Shown: one piece after another, positions 58,563-64,000 of the stretch
Layout: each line of letters starts with the position of its first letter
Position numbering within the stretch: position 1 is the stretch's first letter
Origin: an uncultured Candidatus Saccharibacteria bacterium
Lineage (GTDB): Bacteria; Patescibacteriota; Dojkabacteria; SC72
DNA length: 64,000 bases
Direction of reading: 5' to 3'
NCBI GenBank assembly: GCA_964480345.1
Contig: CAYZNW010000001.1
Coordinates: forward strand, 1,348 to 65,347
Notes under the pieces: generated by a model
The model's database searches: none
What the model was told of the DNA's origin: nothing
What the model saw: only the letters and a program-made list of their open reading frames with translations
Made by a program: the position numbers and the translations under genes

Positions 58563-60377
58563 TTAAAACACTTCTTTCACCTCTATTATTATCCCTCCCT
58601 GTTTCTTAGGGAAATATCTAAACCTTTCAGGAAAATTCTTAGGATTAAATTCGATATCACTTCTCTTCTCAGAATATGGAAGATTCTTCAAATAATCATT
58701 ACCCTCAGACCATGACATCTGCTTAAGTTTTGCAGATATCTCCTCTTTACTCACCTTAGGTTTAATAGAAGCTTTTGCTGTTAACTTAATCTTCACAGCA
58801 GAGGTACTACTTGTTTCTACTGTAATATTTTTTGTAATATTATCACTTAAAGTTAATTCTAAATTACCATCTTTCTCAAACAGATTCTTCTCCTGAGCCT
58901 CCTTGGTAAGAAGATTCTCCACTCCTTTATCAAAACCCTCCTTCATATAGAAAGTACCCGAAGTCTTAATCTTCAAAGAAAGATCTACCTGATCAGCTTC
59001 CTCCCCGACCTTCTTACTTGTTTCAATACTATTACTTACAACCTCACTTGCTAAAGACTCTTTAATTAATTCCCAAGTCCCACCTGATTTATCCTTCATC
59101 TCTCTCTCCCCCTCCTCATATGCCTGTTTCTTTAACTCCTCTGTAGCACTATTTATATCTGTTTGTGTTAAAACGGTATACTCTTTCTTATTCCCTCCAG
59201 CAATATCTTTTGAAGAAGTTCCAAACACCTTACTTGATTCATACCCTTGAACTACAAAGTATGTACCTGCAGGAAGATTGAATTCCTCTCCTACATCTAC
59301 AGCTGTGATATTCACCTCTCCTTTCTGATTACACTCTATGGAAACTTCAGCATCAGCTTTGTATGCTTTATTTTCATTTCTTGCTGTTAATGTAGTCCCC
59401 TGCTTAATTTGTATTGGATCAACATCTTGGCAACCAGTAGTACTAAGGAAAGTTACTGTTACTGCTCCTTTAGCCTTATCTCCTTTAAATGCTGTCCCTG
59501 TAGCTTTCACTGTTGTTGAACTACTTTTCTCTATATTTTCTTTCTTAACAGGAATCTTTAAGTCGTCAAAATTAATCTCTTTTATATTTTCATCTCCATC
59601 AAATATCTTCTCTATACTAGCCTCTTTTGCTTTAATATATATATTTACTCTTACAAAAGGTGCTGTAAAGTAGTAGATAACTACTGCTAAGATTACAACG
59701 AGGAGTGTACTACCAAGTATGATCGGATATATTTTATTCGATCCAAATTTACTCTTAACTTTAGAGAAAAAAGATTTTAATTTAAGAAGAAGAACATTTG
59801 GAGATACTTCTTTCTTCTTCTCTTCTTTAAGAACATCTGTGTTGGTTAAATCGTTCTCATATGTAATTGGTATATCCTCATCTATTGATATTGCAATGTC
59901 TTGATCTACTGGTGCTGTTACCTCTGTATCTTTTACTCTACTTTTCTCAACTGCATCGTTGATTCTTTTTTGAAAATCAGTAGGAGGAGTAATAGCTTCA
60001 TTCTCTTCAACTTCCTCCTTCTTAGGAACAGCCTTAGGTTCTCTCTCTTTCTGGCTTCTTTTTACTCGTGCCATATTTTCATCTTCCCACATATCCTCTG
60101 TTGGTAAATTAGGAGCTTCTGTTACTGATAGTCCAGCAAGTGTTGCATTTCTAACTCCTGTAGGATTTTTAATTATTTGTGTTATGAGAAGCTTCTCTCT
60201 TTCGTCAACTGTATCTAGTATGACTTTCAAATTAATTGGACTTATTAGTAGATCTGTATCTTCTGCAAATGTTAAAACGATTCTTTCATTCTCGGTATCA
60301 ACTATTCCTGAAATAATATCTGTTAACTCATCATCTTTAGTAACAACAATTTTTGTTATTTTTTTATTTACTTCCAT
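58563..60377 (-). CDS. Hypothetical bitopic protein (cytoplasmic acidic N-domain, one TM, large extracytoplasmic C-domain), co-oriented downstream of the FtsA/PilM-like gene
   Basis: TM IYPIILGSTLLVVILAVVIYYF; no named domain. Confidence 0.4.
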   Translation of the reverse strand: MEVNKKITKIVVTKDDELTDIISGIVDTENERIVLTFAEDTDLLISPINLKVILDTVDEREKLLITQIIKNPTGVRNATLAGLSVTEAPNLPTEDMWEDENMARVKRSQKEREPKAVPKKEEVEENEAITPPTDFQKRINDAVEKSRVKDTEVTAPVDQDIAISIDEDIPITYENDLTNTDVLKEEKKKEVSPNVLLLKLKSFFSKVKSKFGSNKIYPIILGSTLLVVILAVVIYYFTAPFVRVNIYIKAKEASIEKIFDGDENIKEINFDDLKIPVKKENIEKSSSTTVKATGTAFKGDKAKGAVTVTFLSTTGCQDVDPIQIKQGTTLTARNENKAYKADAEVSIECNQKGEVNITAVDVGEEFNLPAGTYFVVQGYESSKVFGTSSKDIAGGNKKEYTVLTQTDINSATEELKKQAYEEGEREMKDKSGGTWELIKESLASEVVSNSIETSKKVGEEADQVDLSLKIKTSGTFYMKEGFDKGVENLLTKEAQEKNLFEKDGNLELTLSDNITKNITVETSSTSAVKIKLTAKASIKPKVSKEEISAKLKQMSWSEGNDYLKNLPYSEKRSDIEFNPKNFPERFRYFPKKQGGIIIEVKEVF

Positions 60378-60382
60378 TTTTT

Positions 60383-61609
60383 CTACTTATTATTAATATC
60401 ATATACAAATTTAGTCAAAGATGCAGGAGTAATATCGAAAATATGCTTTAATTCACCACTACTGTCTGTAATATTTTCTAACTTCTCTGGAGTGAAGAAT
60501 TCAATTTTAGGAACAACAGGAAATCGTGAGAATTTTTTCCATGGGAATTCAATCATGACCTCTCTGATTTCAGGAAGTAATGCTCCACCACCGCAAAGAT
60601 ATATCTGTGTAGGGAATGAGTCTATATCATCACAGTAATCTAAAGCTGATTTCAATGTCTTCAACCAGAGTTTAGCTACTGGATATACAATTTTCTGAAC
60701 TTCTCTTGCAAGCTCTCTATTTAATTCTTTTTTGGAATATTTTAATTTTCGTTGTTCTGCGTATCTGTATTCTAAATTTAATACTTTTGATATCTCTTTT
60801 GTAAATGTTCTTCCACCAAATGCAAACATCTTTGTTTCAATTACACTACCTTTCTCTACTACAGCGATATCTGTTGTTCCTCCTCCAATATCTATGAAGA
60901 TGGCGGAGAAATCTCTATTTGATGACCCTGTGTATGCTCTAGCTACTGCAAACGGTTGCGCAACTATCCCTATGACATTCATTTCTAACTCTGATGCGAC
61001 TTTTTTTAAAGCTTCCACATATGTTTTTGGTGCAAAGGAAGCGTAGTAATTTAATTTCACATCTCTTCCTTTGTATCCGATTAATGAATCTACAGGCATA
61101 CCTCCTATCTCTAAACCTGTTTTTGTAATATGAAGTATCTCTATATCTTCATTTGTCAAACCAATCCTTTGACTTAAATCTGCTTTCCCATTTGTTTCTA
61201 TCTTACTCTCTATCTGTGTGATGATTTTTCTTTGTTCTTTCTCTGTAACCTCTTTCTCATAGTTCTCATCTCTTTGGTAATTAACCACTATGGAAACTCC
61301 TTGAATATATTCTCCAGCTATACCCATCACTACATTTTTAGGCATCTGCTCTGGAGTTAATCTTTGTGTAATTGATGATATGGAGAGTCGGCAGTTTTCA
61401 AGAACTGTATCTAAATTCGTAATTATTCCACTTCTCATAGCGTGTTGTTGTTGCTCTATCCTAGACATTTTTTTAATGTCTATACCCAAATCATCAATGG
61501 AGAAGAGTATTGTCTTTAATTGTTCAGTACCTATATCTAATGCAACAATATTTTCATTTTTACTAATAGATACAGCTGTAGGTTTTTTAAAGAAAGGCAG
61601 GTTTAACAT
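60383..61609 (-). CDS. Actin-like ATPase of the FtsA/PilM family
   Basis: Phosphate-1 IVALDIGTEQLK, phosphate-2 IDIGGGTTDIAVV, adenosine motif LCGGGALLP. Confidence 0.65.
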   Translation of the reverse strand: MLNLPFFKKPTAVSISKNENIVALDIGTEQLKTILFSIDDLGIDIKKMSRIEQQQHAMRSGIITNLDTVLENCRLSISSITQRLTPEQMPKNVVMGIAGEYIQGVSIVVNYQRDENYEKEVTEKEQRKIITQIESKIETNGKADLSQRIGLTNEDIEILHITKTGLEIGGMPVDSLIGYKGRDVKLNYYASFAPKTYVEALKKVASELEMNVIGIVAQPFAVARAYTGSSNRDFSAIFIDIGGGTTDIAVVEKGSVIETKMFAFGGRTFTKEISKVLNLEYRYAEQRKLKYSKKELNRELAREVQKIVYPVAKLWLKTLKSALDYCDDIDSFPTQIYLCGGGALLPEIREVMIEFPWKKFSRFPVVPKIEFFTPEKLENITDSSGELKHIFDITPASLTKFVYDINNK

Positions 61610-61691
61610 AGTGAAAGTATATCATATTTGAATTAAAACGATACGGTCTGGGTAGTAATTCAATTAATATACTTTCTTGCTATTTAATTAA

Positions 61692-63386
61692 CTACATTAC
61701 ATCTACTAGGATGATTGGCTCTCTCTCTGTTTTTTTGTATATTAATTTTCCAAGATCTTTCTCTAACTGAGTTTTCAAAGCTTTTTCATCAGTATGTTTT
61801 AAATCTCTCTGTGTATTCAACCAGTTTCTATGTGTATCGAAAATACATGTTTGAATCTCTTTTAACAGTTCATGAGAGTGTTTGAAATATATGAATCCTC
61901 TTGAAAGGAATCTAGGTTTACCTACTATCTTCTTTGTATTAGCACTAATATTTAATATTACTGTAAATACTCCAAATTCAGATAACTGTTTTCTGTCTTT
62001 TAATACCATATCACCAATATCTCCTACTCCAAGTCCGTCTATTAGAATTGGTTTAGATTCAATCTTCTTCCCTCTCTTCCAAAATTTTCCATTGTATTCC
62101 CACATCTGCCCATCATCTGTTAAGAATATGTTGTTTTTGTTGAAACCCCATTTCTCTAGATTTTGTTTGTTGAAATATCTAAAAGTTAGTGAACCGTGTA
62201 TAGGCATAATATTTTTTGGTCTAATCATATTGACCATGGCTTTAATATCTTCCTGGTTGCCGTGACCAGTTGAGTGAATCTTTAAGTTCACATTATCTTT
62301 CATTAAATCTGCTCCTAGAGCTATGATCCTATCTGTCATCCTTTCTATCTTACTTATATTCTCAGGAATTTCTGAGGATGACATGATGACAAGATCTCCT
62401 TTTTTGATCTTAATACTTTTATGTTCATTTAATGAGATTCTATTTAATACTGCAAATCTCTCTCCTTGACTGCCTGTTGAAAGAATTAGAAGCTTTTCGT
62501 CTGGATATTTATTAATATCTTTATCTTTAATGAATATTTCATCTTCGGCATTAATATATCCACTCTTTCTAGCTATTGATACTGCCTGATCAAGACTTCG
62601 TCCTGCAATTAAGACTTTTCTGTTCGTCTTCTTTGCTATTTCAATGACTGAGTAAAGCCTTGTGATTAATGAAGAGAATGCTGAGAGTATTACTCTACCA
62701 GGGTATTTCGAAATGATATCTTCTAAATTCTTAGAAATAACTGTTTCTGATGGAGCTTTACCTGGGACAGTTGCATTTGTACTCTCTATTAAAGCTAAAT
62801 CTATCTTTCCTTTTAAACTGTGTAGCTTCTGATAGTCAGAGAGAGGTTCATTAGCAGGATTTGTATCAAATTTAAAATCTCCAGAGAAGAAAAGATTTCC
62901 CACAGGACTTTCTAGAAATATTGAGAAAGCATCTGGAATACTGTGATTGATTCCAATAAAGGTGGCTTTGAAATACTTCCCTATATTTATCTGCGATTTC
63001 CTATCTATTCCGTAGATTTTTACTCTCTTGTCCATCTTGTACTCTCTCATTTTCAACTCTATGAGCGATTTTGCAAAACCACCAGCATATATTGGAGGGT
63101 AGTCAAGCTCAGGCAATATCCACTTTAATGCTCCTATGTGGTCCAAATGACCGTGAGTTATTAAGATTGCCTTAATGAACTTTTTATTCTTTTTTAAATA
63201 TCTTGTATTTGGAATCAAATAGTCGATTCCATACATCTCTTGTCCAGGGAAAGAGTATCCTGCATCTATCATTACAATTTCATTACCGTATTGAACAAAA
63301 TTGGAATTTCTTCCTATTTCTGAAGTTCCAGATAATGTACATAGCTTCAACATATTACCTTGCCCGTTATTTTTTCTATTCACCAT
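61692..63386 (-). CDS. rnj: Ribonuclease J (metallo-beta-lactamase / beta-CASP)
   Basis: ITHGHLDHIGAL, beta-CASP region, C-terminal domain; about 560 aa. Confidence 0.85.
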   Translation of the reverse strand: MVNRKNNGQGNMLKLCTLSGTSEIGRNSNFVQYGNEIVMIDAGYSFPGQEMYGIDYLIPNTRYLKKNKKFIKAILITHGHLDHIGALKWILPELDYPPIYAGGFAKSLIELKMREYKMDKRVKIYGIDRKSQINIGKYFKATFIGINHSIPDAFSIFLESPVGNLFFSGDFKFDTNPANEPLSDYQKLHSLKGKIDLALIESTNATVPGKAPSETVISKNLEDIISKYPGRVILSAFSSLITRLYSVIEIAKKTNRKVLIAGRSLDQAVSIARKSGYINAEDEIFIKDKDINKYPDEKLLILSTGSQGERFAVLNRISLNEHKSIKIKKGDLVIMSSSEIPENISKIERMTDRIIALGADLMKDNVNLKIHSTGHGNQEDIKAMVNMIRPKNIMPIHGSLTFRYFNKQNLEKWGFNKNNIFLTDDGQMWEYNGKFWKRGKKIESKPILIDGLGVGDIGDMVLKDRKQLSEFGVFTVILNISANTKKIVGKPRFLSRGFIYFKHSHELLKEIQTCIFDTHRNWLNTQRDLKHTDEKALKTQLEKDLGKLIYKKTEREPIILVDVM

Positions 63387-63580
63387 TTTTTAATTTTAAT
63401 CTAAATTACATATATTATACATATTACATTTCATACTTGCTTTGAGGAAGTACTTACTACAATATTGTGGGGGAAGATCTCACATATATCCATATTATAC
63501 CATACCTTTGTTTGTGAACCTAATTGTATACCACAATTCCCTTTCTCCTTGCTTGTTGATATAATGCATCATCTTCAAAT

Positions 63581-64000
63581 ATGGAAAAAGAAATTTCAAA
63601 AACATTTGATTCAGAAGAAAAAGAATTACAAATTTATGAACTTTGGGAGAAGTCTGGTTTTTGTAATCCTGATAATATGCGTGAGTACTTAAATGAACAT
63701 GGAAAAAATGTTGAAAATTCTTTCACAATAACTCTGCCTCCTCCAAATGCAAACGGTAATTTACATCTAGGTCATGTTTGTGGTTACTCATTTCATGATG
63801 TGATGGGAAGATATATGAGGATGACAGGGCACCCTACTCTGCTTCTACCAGGTAAGGATCATGCTGGTATTCAGACTGAATCAGTTTTTACTAAAATTTT
63901 AGAGAAGGAAGGCAGGAGTAAAAGTGAGATGGGAAGAGAGGCTTTCTATGAAGAAACATACAAATTCTGTTTAGAAAATATTGAGAATGCAAGAGAGCAA
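63581..64000 (+). CDS. valS: Valine--tRNA ligase, N-terminal fragment (continues beyond window)
   Basis: PPPNANGNLHLGHV (HIGH region) and GKDHAGIQTE; preceded by TGATATAAT extended -10 about 12 nt upstream of the ATG. Confidence 0.85.
   Translation, partial: MEKEISKTFDSEEKELQIYELWEKSGFCNPDNMREYLNEHGKNVENSFTITLPPPNANGNLHLGHVCGYSFHDVMGRYMRMTGHPTLLLPGKDHAGIQTESVFTKILEKEGRSKSEMGREAFYEETYKFCLENIENAREQ

Noticed and set aside
63387-63580. T-box riboswitch leader upstream of valS
   Set aside because: No GGTGGNACCGCG T-box sequence or specifier-loop architecture; the leader is only about 10 nt from the -10 box.

Overview
AT-rich bacterial chromosome segment of about 64 kb. Gene content (many small membrane and surface proteins, Firmicutes-type tmRNA, rpmH-rnpA-yidD-yidC-jag block) suggests a reduced-genome, possibly CPR/Patescibacteria-like organism; this is an inference, since no search could be run. 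Standard stop codons appear to apply, because long ORFs are found with TGA read as stop. The window spans the replication origin: divergent dnaA-dnaN on the minus strand and rpmH-rnpA-yidD-yidC-jag on the plus strand, with DnaA-box clusters on both sides of dnaA. Housekeeping genes that can be named from sequence: polA, a three-domain ATP-dependent DNA ligase, ftsH, efp (Arg-type loop), smpB, rubrerythrin, nfo, a UvrD-like helicase with a RecB/Cas4-like nuclease domain, a TrmH/SpoU methyltransferase, a VanY/M15 peptidase, RNase J and the 5' part of valS. There is also an OmpR-family response regulator lacking the phospho-acceptor Asp. RNA genes: tmRNA (ssrA) and seven tRNAs, namely Met(CAU), initiator fMet, Ile(UAU), Ser(GCU), Ser(CGA), Ser(GGA) and Arg(UCU). 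The most interesting accessory content is a minus-strand, operon-like array at 27.1-31.8 kb. It holds six paralogous small two-helix VirB2/TrbC-like 'pilin' genes, an embedded dgkA, and a coiled-coil SpoIID/LytB peptidoglycan-remodelling protein, all immediately downstream of the helicase-nuclease. A VirD4/TraG/HerA-like membrane ATPase lies about 7 kb away, and a 1765-aa DUF2341/FN3 surface protein sits next to a Xer-type recombinase. Other points: a 3-copy palindromic repeat family, a ThyX-like gene split by an in-frame TAG, and an archaeal/eukaryotic-sized ATP ligase. No CRISPR array, transposase or rRNA was seen. The tRNA, tmRNA and repeat coordinates were counted by hand and may be off by 1 nt.
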